Shown one piece after another: positions 37,504 through 47,586 of a stretch of DNA of 64,000 nucleotides. The DNA is from Clostridia bacterium. Lineage in GTDB: Bacteria > Bacillota > Clostridia > Christensenellales > Aristaeellaceae. Every line of letters begins with the position of its first letter. Within the stretch, counting starts at the first letter, position 1. Location of the stretch: positions 36,845 through 100,844 of the forward strand of contig JAVXND010000002.1 in the NCBI GenBank assembly GCA_036645955.1. The letters are read 5' to 3'. A program made the translations under genes and the position numbers. The notes under the pieces are model-generated. The model had not been told where the DNA came from. It made no database searches and saw only the letters and a list, made by a program, of their open reading frames with translations.

Positions 37504-38562
37504 ATGTTTGCACAATCTATGCTTACGTCCATGCTAGCAAGCAGCAACATAATCAAAGACAATGGCATCGCGTCCATTGTTTGGATTGTGGTGGCGCTTG
37601 TGGTAGCGATCATTGTGGTGGTGGTGTTTCTACGCTTTGTACCGCTTGGTCTGTGGATTACCTCGTTATCCGCGGGCGTTCATGTGAGCATTGTTTCTTT
37701 GGTGGGTATGCGTTTGCGCCGCATTCAACCAAAGCGTTTGGTGGATCCGCTGATCAAAGCCCGAAAAGCAGGTCTGGATCTTACCTTGACCAATCTTGAA
37801 ACGCACTTTTTGGCAGGCGGCAATGTGGATCGCGTTATTAACGCGCTGATTGCCGCGCAACGTTCCAACATTGAAATGTCTTTTGAGAAAGCTTCCGCCA
37901 TTGATCTGGCAGGCCGCGATGTGCTGCAAGCTGTGCAAATGAGCGTAACCCCAAAGGTGATTGAAACCCCTGTGGTAGCCGCTATTGCCAAGGACGGTAT
38001 TGAACTGCGTGCAAAAGCGCGTGTGACCGTGCGCACCAATATTGAACGCTTGGTGGGCGGCGCTGGGGAAGAAACCATCATTGCACGTGTAGGCGAGGGC
38101 ATTGTAACCACGGTTGGTTCCAGCGAAACACATAAGCTTGTGCTGGAAAATCCTGATATGATTAGCCGCACCGTACTCAACAAAGGCCTGGATGCAGGTA
38201 CGGCATATGAAATTTTGTCCATTGATATTGCGGATGTGGATGTAGGCCGCAACGTAGGCGCACAGCTGCAAATGGATCAAGCAGAAGCGGATCGCCGCAT
38301 TGCACAAGCGCGTGCAGAGGAACGCCGCGCCATGGCTGTTGCGCTTGAGCAAGAAATGAAGGCGGCTGTGCAGGAAATGCGCGCACGTGTTGTGGAAGCC
38401 GAAGCAGAGGTACCGCGTGCGATTGCGGCCGCGCTTCGCGAAGGCAAGCTAGGGGTGATGGAATACTATCAAATGCAAAATGTAATGGCGGATACCAGCA
38501 TGCGCGATAGCATTTCAAAGGCGAGCGCACCCATCGCGGGCAACGAAGATATTAAGAAATAA
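37504..38562 (+). CDS. floA: Flotillin-like protein FloA (UPF0365/YqfA family, SPFH)
   Basis: [33 protein letters not shown]... and the long EA-rich coiled C-terminus are characteristic of FloA. The gene follows nfeD, as in Bacillus. Confidence 0.9.
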   Translation: MFAQSMLTSMLASSNIIKDNGIASIVWIVVALVVAIIVVVVFLRFVPLGLWITSLSAGVHVSIVSLVGMRLRRIQPKRLVDPLIKARKAGLDLTLTNLETHFLAGGNVDRVINALIAAQRSNIEMSFEKASAIDLAGRDVLQAVQMSVTPKVIETPVVAAIAKDGIELRAKARVTVRTNIERLVGGAGEETIIARVGEGIVTTVGSSETHKLVLENPDMISRTVLNKGLDAGTAYEILSIDIADVDVGRNVGAQLQMDQAEADRRIAQARAEERRAMAVALEQEMKAAVQEMRARVVEAEAEVPRAIAAALREGKLGVMEYYQMQNVMADTSMRDSISKASAPIAGNEDIKK

Positions 38563-38568
38563 AGCACG

Positions 38569-38600
38569 GCGGAGCCGCCAAACAGCGGCGGCTCCGCTTT
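38569..38600 (+). terminator. GC-rich stem-loop after floA (terminator/attenuator)
   Basis: GCGGAGCCGCC - aaacagc - GGCGGCTCCGC followed by only TTT. The next gene's RBS starts 7 nt later, so termination is probably partial. Confidence 0.6.
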
Positions 38601-38619
38601 CGCTAAAGGAGGTGTTCAC

Positions 38620-39162
38620 ATGGAAGTACTGTTGGTGATTGGGCTTGTGGGTTGGCTGATCATGTCCTTTTGGGAAAAAGCAAAGAAATCAGCTGAGGAT
38701 GCAAAGCATTCAACGGAGATAAATGCCGCGCCGACCGATCATGCCACGGCTCCGAGCAGCTCGCAGGCAACGGCAAATTCGGAATTCAAAAAAGTAAAAA
38801 TCAAGCCTCAGCATAAGGAGGCGATCGCCGCGGCGGCTCAAAAAACAATGGCCAGAACGGAAATGGAATGCAGTACCTTTGGTACGGAATACACCCCAAT
38901 GAAGCACCGTATGGAGGATGTGAAGCCATCGGATTTTCGCCAAGGAAGCATGGATTATGTGTCCACCGAGGGTACGGACTTATGTGATCCATCCCTTGCG
39001 CATTCGCGTGCGCAACGCAGTTTAGACGGCACAGCCAATATATACGATGAGCAAATTACCAGTACGCCCTTGATTGATCTGCGCGCGCACGCCATACTTC
39101 AAGGGGTTATTATGAGTGAGATTTTACAGCGCCCCGCGCAAAGAAAGTGGGGGAAAATCTAA
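38620..39162 (+). CDS. Hypothetical single-pass membrane protein (position equivalent to Bacillus yqfB)
   Basis: Strong RBS AAAGGAGG, N-terminal TM segment VLLVIGLVGWLIMSFW, and a low-complexity middle region. No family was recognised. Confidence 0.6.
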   Translation: MEVLLVIGLVGWLIMSFWEKAKKSAEDAKHSTEINAAPTDHATAPSSSQATANSEFKKVKIKPQHKEAIAAAAQKTMARTEMECSTFGTEYTPMKHRMEDVKPSDFRQGSMDYVSTEGTDLCDPSLAHSRAQRSLDGTANIYDEQITSTPLIDLRAHAILQGVIMSEILQRPAQRKWGKI

Positions 39163-39165
39163 CTT

Positions 39166-39921
39166 ATGGAGGATTTGCGCGTACTGATTGCGGATGATGA
39201 CAGCGGCATGCGTAGCGTGATGCGGAAAATGATCGGCAAGGTGGAGGGCTTCACATTAGCGGCTGAAGCAGGCGACGGAAAAACCGCGCTTGAATTGATT
39301 GAAAAAATCAAGCCGCATGTGGTGTTTTTGGATGTGGAAATGCCTGAAATGACAGGCGTTGAATGTGCGCATGTGATTCAAGATTTAAATCCTGCTACCA
39401 TTATTATTTTTGCAACAGCACATGATGCTTATATGGGCGATGCTTTTGAGGTATATGCCTTTGATTATTTGGTGAAGCCCTTTAAGGTGGATCGCGTGAT
39501 TCAAACCCTGGAGCGTGCGCGTGACCGCTTGCTGCTCAAGGATGTAAAGCCGCTTGACACCCACTTGCCAGCCAATGAAAAGCGCTCCACAGATGGCCGC
39601 TTAATGCTTCGGCACCGCGAAGGGGTTAGCTTTATTGACTTAAAGGATATTTTGCTTGTACAGCGAGAGGATCGCGCAACCGTGATTTATACGGTGAACG
39701 AGGGGCGTTTTGTAACAGGCGATTCGCTCGCTGATATGGAAGAGCGCCTGCATAGCGATGCGTTTTTCCGTTGCCACAAAAGTTACATTATTAACTTGAA
39801 TGCAATGAAGGATATTACTCCCTATGGGCGATGGACTTATGTGGTTCAGCTTGAGGGAACAAAGCATGATGCGTTGATTACACATGAAAAATATGAAGAG
39901 CTGGAACGAATGTTTCGCTAA
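39166..39921 (+). CDS. LytTR-family response regulator (REC + LytTR DNA-binding domain), no cognate kinase nearby
   Basis: REC domain (VLIADDD..., FLDVEMPEMTG, KPF). LytTR domain (FFRCHKSYIINLNAM). The gene starts 4 nt after the upstream stop. Confidence 0.88.
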   Translation: MEDLRVLIADDDSGMRSVMRKMIGKVEGFTLAAEAGDGKTALELIEKIKPHVVFLDVEMPEMTGVECAHVIQDLNPATIIIFATAHDAYMGDAFEVYAFDYLVKPFKVDRVIQTLERARDRLLLKDVKPLDTHLPANEKRSTDGRLMLRHREGVSFIDLKDILLVQREDRATVIYTVNEGRFVTGDSLADMEERLHSDAFFRCHKSYIINLNAMKDITPYGRWTYVVQLEGTKHDALITHEKYEELERMFR

Positions 39922-39958
39922 GCAAACGGCACGCAACCAAGAGTTGCGTGCCGTTTGC
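39922..39958. terminator. 16-bp perfect hairpin exactly filling the gap between convergent lytTR-RR and nudC
   Basis: GCAAACGGCACGCAAC - caaga - GTTGCGTGCCGTTTGC. No U-tract on either side. Confidence 0.6.
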
Positions 39959-40792
39959 TCATAGCCTTCCTGTACGAAAACGCTCGATCAAGGTAAAGGC
40001 AATGCTCATTCCGTCGCTATGCGGCTCAAGCGCTTGACGGTCAAACCATTTTGCATCTGAAAGCTCGCTTTGCTGCAGCAGGATGGGCTGGGAGCTGTCC
40101 GCATGGGCATGAAAGCCAAACATTTGGGAACCGCTGATGCCCCATGGCTGATTGCCGAGGTAGCGCAGGCTGTGAAGCGGCAAACCCACTTCTTCAAGCG
40201 CCTCACGGTATACAGCATGCTCTAAGGTTTCCCCAACCTCCACATAACCGGCAATCAGCGCATAATGGTTGAGCTCACTGCGTACATTTTTGGCAAGCAG
40301 GATTTTGTCACCATCTGTAATGGCCACAATAATGGCGGGGGAAATGGTGGGGAAAAGGAGCAAGCCGCAATTCGCACAGCGCAAAGCTCTTTCCTCACCA
40401 TCGGGGGATAATGGCTGTCCGCAACGTCCGCAGTGGCGGTGAAGGGTGTACCAGCTCCATAAATGGTACGCAGACGCAAGCAAAGAGGCGTTTTGAACGT
40501 CCATGTGGTGGAAAACGCTGATGGGGTGGTACTGCAGCCCATTCCCTTCCTCAATTTTGATTGGCTCAAATGGATTGGGACAAAAAAGAATGGTATCTGC
40601 TGAATTTGCCAGCTGGAATGGCACATAGGCGGGAGGAAGCAAGCTTTTTACCTCGTGCCACGTAGGCAAACGAAGCTTTTCACTGTCTTGTGACAGCAAA
40701 ATACAAAGATCACAAAAACAGAGAAAAAGGCTGTTTTCATTGGGTAATGTGTGAAGGGGCTTTACCGAAAAGGATGCGCTGCCTGTGATCAT
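39959..40792 (-). CDS. nudC: NAD+ diphosphatase NudC (Nudix + zinc ribbon)
   Basis: CGRCGQP...CANCG zinc ribbon and Nudix box GYVEVGETLEHAVYREALEEVGL. Start is ATG 40792 after AAAGGAGG. Confidence 0.85.
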   Translation of the reverse strand: MITGSASFSVKPLHTLPNENSLFLCFCDLCILLSQDSEKLRLPTWHEVKSLLPPAYVPFQLANSADTILFCPNPFEPIKIEEGNGLQYHPISVFHHMDVQNASLLASAYHLWSWYTLHRHCGRCGQPLSPDGEERALRCANCGLLLFPTISPAIIVAITDGDKILLAKNVRSELNHYALIAGYVEVGETLEHAVYREALEEVGLPLHSLRYLGNQPWGISGSQMFGFHAHADSSQPILLQQSELSDAKWFDRQALEPHSDGMSIAFTLIERFRTGRL

Positions 40793-40938
40793 GAAAGAAA
40801 CCTCCTTTGTGATGCGTAAAGAACGGCTTCTATCGTAACGCATTTCTATCGGTTGTCAATACGGTGGGAACGATAAAGCACTCTTGTCATTCGTTGCATG
40901 CTGTGATATTCTATAGGCGGTAGATTGACGCGAATGGG

Positions 40939-42282
40939 GTGAGCGTGATGAGGCGAATGGCACAAAAGTGGAAGAATGCTTGGGTGTGGATTCTTCTGTT
41001 TTGCCTTGTAACAAGCGCATCCGTGGCGGCTTACACCTTATATTACAAAAAAGCTTATTACAAAGCGGCCTATACCTTGCTTGCGGTGCCTGCCAATGAA
41101 GGCACCGCGCCGCTGGAAGCATCGCGCATGCTGATACGCGATATGGCCGCACTCATGCAATCCGAACGATTTTATACATTGCGCCTCAATGAAAAAGAAG
41201 ATCATTCGGTGACTGTGCGCGGTGAGGATGGAACCCATTTGGTTCACGTGGAAGCACTGACTGCGCAAGCGGATACCGCACAGCTTCTTGCAAACACTGC
41301 GGGTGAAGAATTGTTAGCACTGTTGAAAAGCGAGGGGCTTGTGACAGAATGCTCTGAAATTTCACGAGCGCAGCTGCCCACTGCACCCATGGCAACCAAT
41401 CTATGGCAAAATGTGCTTCTTTCCTTTCTTTTGGCGTTCATGGCAGGTTCCCTATGCGTGTTTTTGCTTGGCAGTGATCGCAAGCCGCTTTACGCTCGCG
41501 AATACGCCCAAAGCGGCATTCCCTTCCCGTTGCTGGGCGCTATTGCGGACGAACGCGCGGATGGGAAGCGCTTTTTCAAAAAAGGCAAAAAAAGCAGAGA
41601 TTTTGGCATGCTTTATGCATATGTGAAACGTTTGGTAAGTGACAATGTTCGCACAGCCGTTTTGGGGCTTCGCACTGCGGAGCGGGGTAAAGCCGCGCAC
41701 TCTGTGGTGCTCACCAGCATTGGAGAGGATGACGGCAAAACCATGCTCGCGGCGTTGCTTTCCTGTGAGCTGGCATGGCAGGGCTTTCGGACACTGCTGA
41801 TTGACATGGAAGGCGGCGACAAGCTCAATCAAATGCTTGCGGCTCACGGGCGTGCAGATTTGATTGATTATCTCTCAGGTGAGGCGGAGCTTCACGAAAC
41901 GGTGATACGCACCTCACTGCCCAATTTGTCATTCATCGACTACCAACACCCGACAACGCAAGAGGTGCCGCAGGTGGCAGCCACAGGCGATTTTGTGGAT
42001 TTTTTGCAAAGTGCGTCAAAGCATTATGATTTCGTCCTTTTAAATGCGGAAGCCTTGAGCAGCGGTTCTTCTGCGGCCATGCTCGGCGCAATTTCGGGGT
42101 CAACGCTGCTGATTGCATCCGATGGGCGATATAGCGCTGATGAAGTCAATGCATTTGCGGGGAGCTTATCGACGATGGTGAACCGTTTGTGTGGAATTGT
42201 GCTTACAAGGGTGTCAAAGCACGGTGCTCAAACGCCGCTGCACTTTTCCCGCATCAGGATAGATGCTGTAAATTGTACCTAG
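40939..42282 (+). CDS. Wzz/PCP-like membrane domain fused to a degenerate BY-kinase/ParA-fold ATPase domain
   Basis: Two TM segments flank an extracytoplasmic loop (Wzz topology). The C-terminal P-loop domain has GEDDGKT (Walker A) and TLLIDME (A'), but Walker B is VLLNAEA (D to N) and there is no C-terminal Tyr cluster. The start is ambiguous (40939-40948). Confidence 0.65.
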   Translation: MSVMRRMAQKWKNAWVWILLFCLVTSASVAAYTLYYKKAYYKAAYTLLAVPANEGTAPLEASRMLIRDMAALMQSERFYTLRLNEKEDHSVTVRGEDGTHLVHVEALTAQADTAQLLANTAGEELLALLKSEGLVTECSEISRAQLPTAPMATNLWQNVLLSFLLAFMAGSLCVFLLGSDRKPLYAREYAQSGIPFPLLGAIADERADGKRFFKKGKKSRDFGMLYAYVKRLVSDNVRTAVLGLRTAERGKAAHSVVLTSIGEDDGKTMLAALLSCELAWQGFRTLLIDMEGGDKLNQMLAAHGRADLIDYLSGEAELHETVIRTSLPNLSFIDYQHPTTQEVPQVAATGDFVDFLQSASKHYDFVLLNAEALSSGSSAAMLGAISGSTLLIASDGRYSADEVNAFAGSLSTMVNRLCGIVLTRVSKHGAQTPLHFSRIRIDAVNCT

Positions 42283-42326
42283 GTGATTACGAAGCTTGAT
42301 GTGGCCAAATAAAGGAGGAAAACGAA

Positions 42327-43421
42327 ATGGACTTGCTGAAAACCATTCTGATTTATATGTCTATGATCTTTGTAACTTCTGTGCAAACCGCGCCTGATCC
42401 TGCGGCTTTCCCTGATTTAAACAAACCAACCACCACCCCCTATGTGGAAATGGCGAGAACCCCCACACCCTTGCCAACGCCTAGCCCAACGCCTGTGCCC
42501 ACCATCAACATAACGCCAAACCCTGAATATAAAACCGTTCGGGTGGGCGATCGGGGTGACAATGTGCGGAGCCTGCAGCAAAAATTGCTGGAATACGGCT
42601 ATTATAAGGGCGATGTGGACGGGCGCTTTGGAAACCAAACCCGTCGTGCTGTTGAACAGTTTCAATACCAGCATGGCTTGGATTCAGATGGTATCGCTGG
42701 CAAGCGCACTTTAACCGTGCTGTATGAAAGCAACGAAATTCGCAAGGCACCGCAAAAAGAAACGCCTGCACCAGTAGACACAACAGCACCCAGCGCCAAG
42801 CCAACCACAACCACTGTGCTTGCACCTGCAATGACGGATGAAAAAAGCAAGCCAACCTCTACGCTGGCTTTTGTGCCCATCGAAACAACCGTTCCCACGG
42901 CTTCGGCATCCCCTGAGGCTGTGAAAAATACAGAGCCGCTTCTAAGTGAAATGCCTACAACCACCCCCGTTCCCGAATTTTTAGCCATGGAAGGCTATTC
43001 GATGGTGCTTGCAGGCTCTGAAAAACCGCTTCAAAAGCTTGCAAAGGATGGCGAAGCACCAGCCGCGCTTGTGCCGTATACCTACGGAGATGTGGTATAT
43101 GTCCCGTTTTTGCGCATTTTGCAAGAGGCTTCTATGAATATCATCACCTCTGATACCCTTGAAAAGGACGAATATGGCTTTGCACTAGGCGAAAGCCTTT
43201 TCCGCATTTCCTTTACGGAGGATCAAGCGGGATTGCCCATCAATTTAGAAGCCTTCCGCGACAACGAACCTCAAATTTTGCCTCTTCGCGACGTTCGTTT
43301 GGCGCAAGAGCTGTATTATTTCCCAATGGCGAGCATGGAGAGCTTGACGGGTGTGCAGTTTTTGGTGGATGAAGCCAATAAGCGCATCACGGTTACATTG
43401 CCTGTAACAAATGCTGAATAA
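42327..43421 (+). CDS. Secreted peptidoglycan-binding (PG_binding_1) protein with T/P-rich linker and C-terminal stalk-like domain
   Basis: Strong RBS and signal/anchor sequence. PG_binding_1 string: GDRGDNVRSLQQKLLEYGYYKGDVDGRFGNQTRRAVEQFQYQHGLDSDGIAGKRT. Confidence 0.75.
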   Translation: MDLLKTILIYMSMIFVTSVQTAPDPAAFPDLNKPTTTPYVEMARTPTPLPTPSPTPVPTINITPNPEYKTVRVGDRGDNVRSLQQKLLEYGYYKGDVDGRFGNQTRRAVEQFQYQHGLDSDGIAGKRTLTVLYESNEIRKAPQKETPAPVDTTAPSAKPTTTTVLAPAMTDEKSKPTSTLAFVPIETTVPTASASPEAVKNTEPLLSEMPTTTPVPEFLAMEGYSMVLAGSEKPLQKLAKDGEAPAALVPYTYGDVVYVPFLRILQEASMNIITSDTLEKDEYGFALGESLFRISFTEDQAGLPINLEAFRDNEPQILPLRDVRLAQELYYFPMASMESLTGVQFLVDEANKRITVTLPVTNAE

Positions 43422-43573
43422 CGAGCGCTTTTTCCGCATCTTGCTTCGGTTTGCTGCCAATTGGTGGACCCTTTTCAGTGACAGTGCAAGCCCTTCTATT
43501 GATTTTATCACAAATTAATAAACCACGCGACGTGAAAAGATGGCAGTTCTTGTGTTGTAGCCTGCACAAAGCC

Positions 43574-43601
43574 TTGACAGACTGCACATTGGCGTTATAA
43601 T
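43574..43601 (+). promoter_or_regulatory. Sigma-A-type promoter upstream of ilvE
   Basis: TTGACA, a 16-nt spacer, then TATAAT. Confidence 0.6.
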
Positions 43602-43667
43602 AAGAAAAGCGCTTTGCGCTGGACACTGCTTTCAAATGAATGCATGATTATGAGGAGGAAAACCACT

Positions 43668-44738
43668 ATGAAAATACAAATGAATTTATCCAAGCACCTC
43701 AAAGCAAAGCCGACAGATGAAAGCAAGCTGGGATTTGGGAATTATTTCAGCGATCATATGCTGATGATTAACTATACAGAGGGAAAAGGCTGGCATGATG
43801 CGCGCATTGAACCCTATGGCAATCTGTCACTGGACCCCGCTTGCCAGGTGCTTCATTATGGGCAGGAGATTTTTGAGGGCATGAAGTGCTACCGCACGCC
43901 CGAGAACGGCTTCAACCTTTTCCGCCCGACTGCGAATTTTGAGCGTATGGCGCGTTCCTCTGAGCGCATGGGCATGGCGAAGCTGCCTGTGGAGGAGGGT
44001 ATGGAGAGCCTATTGGCGCTGTTGAATGTAGAAAAGGAATGGACGCCGCACCAAGAAGGCACCTCCCTGTACATTCGCCCCACCATGATTGCGCTGGATG
44101 CGCATTTAGGCGTTTCCGCATCAAAAACCTATTTGTATTATGTCATTCTTTCGCCTTCGGGCGCGTATTATGCCGCAGGGCTTGCACCCGTTGGCATTTA
44201 TGTGGAGGATTCTTTTGTGCGTGCGGTGCGCGGCGGCATTGGCTTTGCAAAAACAGGCGGCAACTATGCGGCCAGTATTTTAGCAAGCGTGAATGCCAAA
44301 CAGAGCGGCTATGCTCAGGTGCTGTGGCTGGACGGTGTGGAACAGCGCTATATTGAAGAAGTGGGCGCAATGAACATGATGTTCGTTTATGGCGATGAGC
44401 GCATTGTGACCCCCTCGCTAAACGGCAGTATCTTGCCGGGCATTACGCGCGACAGCGTTCTCAAGCTTAGCCAAAAGCTTGGTTACCGCACGGAAGAAAC
44501 CAAGATGGATATTCATGCGGTTATTGAAGACATCAAAGCGGGAAAAATCACCGAAGCATTCGGCACCGGCACCGCGGCGGTTGTATCCCCTGTGAACAAG
44601 ATTTGCTTCAAGGGTGAGGAGGTTGGCATTGGGGACGGCGGTATCGGCAAAACCACCATGCAGCTTTACAACACCCTTACAGGGATTCAATTTGGCAAGA
44701 GTGAAGATCCCCTGAACTGGATTGTAAAGGTACAATAA
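43668..44738 (+). CDS. ilvE: Branched-chain amino acid aminotransferase
   Basis: FGNYFSDHM, YGQEIFEGMK, and the class IV PLP fold region including the string GIGFAKTGGNYAAS. Start is ATG 43668 after GAGGAGG. Confidence 0.92.
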   Translation: MKIQMNLSKHLKAKPTDESKLGFGNYFSDHMLMINYTEGKGWHDARIEPYGNLSLDPACQVLHYGQEIFEGMKCYRTPENGFNLFRPTANFERMARSSERMGMAKLPVEEGMESLLALLNVEKEWTPHQEGTSLYIRPTMIALDAHLGVSASKTYLYYVILSPSGAYYAAGLAPVGIYVEDSFVRAVRGGIGFAKTGGNYAASILASVNAKQSGYAQVLWLDGVEQRYIEEVGAMNMMFVYGDERIVTPSLNGSILPGITRDSVLKLSQKLGYRTEETKMDIHAVIEDIKAGKITEAFGTGTAAVVSPVNKICFKGEEVGIGDGGIGKTTMQLYNTLTGIQFGKSEDPLNWIVKVQ

Positions 44739-44772
44739 ATCAATAAACATTCGAGCGAAAGGAGGCCGCCGT

Positions 44773-45813
44773 GTGTTACGGGAAGTAAGTGCGCATGTGG
44801 ATTGGTGCGAAATGACCATGAGCATGATGAGAGAAAAACAATTTGAAGCGTGTGAACGGCGACTTTTTGCTCATCCCAATGTGGCTTTGTTTGCAGAGGA
44901 AGCAACGGAGGCCGAAGCGCAAGCGTTGTATGACCACTCGTTCGACGCTACGGCGCAGGGCGGGCAGGAGCTGATGACCTTAGCACAGCTTCGCGAACGT
45001 GTGATGGCAAGGCTGCCTGTGGAGGCACTCTATTTAAGCGAGGGTGAAATACAGCTTCTTGAAAAGCTGATGATCAACGACGGAAGCCTGTTACTAGGCG
45101 ATTGGGATGACATAGGCGCGGCAGAAGCGTTGATTAGCCGCCTATGGTGCAGTTTTCGTGCAGATGGGGACAATTGGACGCTCCTATTGCCTCAAGCCTT
45201 GGTGGAGCCGCTCCTAAACGCGATGAATACATCCGAAGCCAATATGGCACGTGAGCTTCTTTTTCGCTATGACGCAACCATCCATGGGTTGCTCTACATT
45301 GCTGGATTGCTCCATTGCGCACAGCCGATCAGCTTTTTTTTGCGCGATGTGATGCATCGTGAGGATCTGGAAGCCCATCAAATTGCGCGTAGATATTTAC
45401 AAGCAACCTTTGAGTATGTGACCGATGCAAGCGGGGATTTGATTTTGCTGCATCCAGGGTTGGCCGACCCTTACCATTTGGTGAGTCGGCGTGAAAATGA
45501 CAGCATTTTTACCCTTGAAATTTCGCAAGAAATGATTGCGGGCGGCATGAACGGTATTTTGCCAGAGGAGCTTAGCCTTCACGAGGCTATGTGCGGCGCG
45601 TTGCTAGGCGCATTAAGACCTGAATATGAGCTGGGCGATTCGGCAGAGGATTTGCGTATGCTTGCTAAGCAAGGCGTGAGCTACGAAGAAATGGAAAGCG
45701 TGATGACCTCCATGCTGGCGGTATTGCCAACGGAGAACATGAAAAACGCGCTATTGGAGCTTTATCTGCGCACCCCACATTGGATGGGAATGAAATCAAC
45801 ATTGGAGCATTGA
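44773..45813 (+). CDS. Hypothetical protein (346 aa)
   Basis: GTG start 7 nt after GGAGG. Coding-like composition. TGATG overlap with the downstream gene. No family was recognised. Confidence 0.6.
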   Translation: MLREVSAHVDWCEMTMSMMREKQFEACERRLFAHPNVALFAEEATEAEAQALYDHSFDATAQGGQELMTLAQLRERVMARLPVEALYLSEGEIQLLEKLMINDGSLLLGDWDDIGAAEALISRLWCSFRADGDNWTLLLPQALVEPLLNAMNTSEANMARELLFRYDATIHGLLYIAGLLHCAQPISFFLRDVMHREDLEAHQIARRYLQATFEYVTDASGDLILLHPGLADPYHLVSRRENDSIFTLEISQEMIAGGMNGILPEELSLHEAMCGALLGALRPEYELGDSAEDLRMLAKQGVSYEEMESVMTSMLAVLPTENMKNALLELYLRTPHWMGMKSTLEH

Positions 45814-46682
45814 TGAAATTATATAGCTTTACCATTCCTTGGGATGCAAGGGAAGGCAAACTGCTGCCTTATGTGAAACGCATGCTGCCCGAATTGCCCG
45901 ACTATGCCATTCGCGAGGCGTTTGACAAGCGCGATGTAAAGGTAAACGGGAGGCGTGTGGGCAGGGATGAAACCATGCTTGCGGGTGCCGAAGTAAAGAT
46001 CTATACGCGAGAGCTTGCAAAAAGAGCCCTGCTTCGCTTTGTGTACGAGGATGAAAACCTGCTTGTGGTGGGAAAGCCCGCAGGCGTGAGCTGTGAGGCA
46101 GATGAAAAAGGCGGAAAAACCGTTGTACAGCTGGCATATGAACAAATGCTGCAGGGCAATCCGCTGGCCAAAGAGCCATTGCTTTGCCATAGGCTGGATA
46201 ACCCAACAGACGGCTTATTGCTCTTAGCAAAGAATGAGGACGTTCAAACAGCCCTGATGGACGCGTTCCGCCAACGGCAGGTTCACAAGAGCTATACCTG
46301 CTTGGTGCGTGGAACGCCTAGCCCCAGCCATGAAGTGCTTCGGGCCTTTTTAAGCAAAAATGCAAGCGAGGCGCGTGTGTATATCACGCCGAACGCCCGT
46401 GCCAATGCAATGCCCATTGTGACCGAATACACGGTGCTAGAGGCGGGGGAATGCGCACGCCTGCACATTGACCTGCATACGGGGCGTACCCATCAAATAC
46501 GCGCTCATATGGCGTTTATAGGCCATCCACTGCTTGGCGATGATAAATACGGGGATTATGCATTCAACAAAAACCATAAAGCAAGCCGACTCATGCTCAC
46601 TGCAACGGAATTACACTTTGAGCTGGAAGGCGCACTGCAATACCTAAATGCGCATACCTTTACCTATCCGCCTGAATTTTAA
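45813..46682 (+). CDS. RluA-family pseudouridine synthase
   Basis: S4-like N-terminus, catalytic HRLDNPTDGLLLLAK, and GRTHQIRAHMA. Confidence 0.88.
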   Translation: MKLYSFTIPWDAREGKLLPYVKRMLPELPDYAIREAFDKRDVKVNGRRVGRDETMLAGAEVKIYTRELAKRALLRFVYEDENLLVVGKPAGVSCEADEKGGKTVVQLAYEQMLQGNPLAKEPLLCHRLDNPTDGLLLLAKNEDVQTALMDAFRQRQVHKSYTCLVRGTPSPSHEVLRAFLSKNASEARVYITPNARANAMPIVTEYTVLEAGECARLHIDLHTGRTHQIRAHMAFIGHPLLGDDKYGDYAFNKNHKASRLMLTATELHFELEGALQYLNAHTFTYPPEF

Positions 46683-46695
46683 TGGGAGAATACAA

Positions 46696-47523
46696 ATGAT
46701 ACCTTATGATATTCGTTTGATTGCCATGGATATGGATGGCACGTTGCTCAATTCAAAACAAGAAATCAGCACAGAAAACCTATCCGCGCTCAAGGATGCA
46801 CAAAAGGCTGGGATTGCCATAGCCATTTGCAGCGGACGTTTACCCGGGGACAGCGGGCGGTTTATGCTGGAGGCAGGGTTAAAGGAATGCGCCATCCTAT
46901 CGCTCAACGGCGCTTATTGCATTGAAAAGCCCTTGGGGAAGGCTTATGCAAACCATTGCTTAACGCCTCTTGCCTTGGAGCATAGCCTTACACTGCTTGG
47001 GCAACAGCAAACCTGCTTTGGCTGTTTTTTGCAAAACCGAATCGTCATCATCGATCCGCTTGAACAGCTGGATGATTCCGCATGGGCCTCCCGCATGCAT
47101 GGCGAAGGCGCACCCATGATTGCGCATGGGATGGAAGCGCTCAATCAGCGGCGGGATGAGGGCGTTAATAAAATCGTGTATTACGAAGCAGAGCCTGAAA
47201 AGCTGAGAAGCATGCGCGTGTGCTTGGAAGCAATTGACGGCATTGAGGTAACAAGCTCGTGGGCGCAAAACCTTGAAATCATGCCCAAAGGGGTCAATAA
47301 AGGCGGTGCAGTGCGTGAAATGGCGGAGCGGCTCGGTTTAAACGCATCACAGGTCATGACCTTTGGCGATTATGATAACGATGAAAGCATGATTGCCTAT
47401 GCGGGCTTAGGGGTAGCAATGGGCAACGCCATGGAAAGCGTGAAGCGCGTTGCAAAGCATGTGACCCTTACCAACGATGAAAATGGCGTAGCGGTATGCA
47501 TTCGTAGGTTTGCACTATCGTAA
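46696..47523 (+). CDS. Cof-type HAD-IIB phosphatase
   Basis: AMDMDGTLL (DxD), SGR, GDYDNDESM. Confidence 0.85.
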   Translation: MIPYDIRLIAMDMDGTLLNSKQEISTENLSALKDAQKAGIAIAICSGRLPGDSGRFMLEAGLKECAILSLNGAYCIEKPLGKAYANHCLTPLALEHSLTLLGQQQTCFGCFLQNRIVIIDPLEQLDDSAWASRMHGEGAPMIAHGMEALNQRRDEGVNKIVYYEAEPEKLRSMRVCLEAIDGIEVTSSWAQNLEIMPKGVNKGGAVREMAERLGLNASQVMTFGDYDNDESMIAYAGLGVAMGNAMESVKRVAKHVTLTNDENGVAVCIRRFALS

Positions 47524-47586
47524 GCCGCCTTTTCTGACAAAAAAACATTTCTTCTTTTTCTGAAACTACAATGGAGGACTTTCCAT

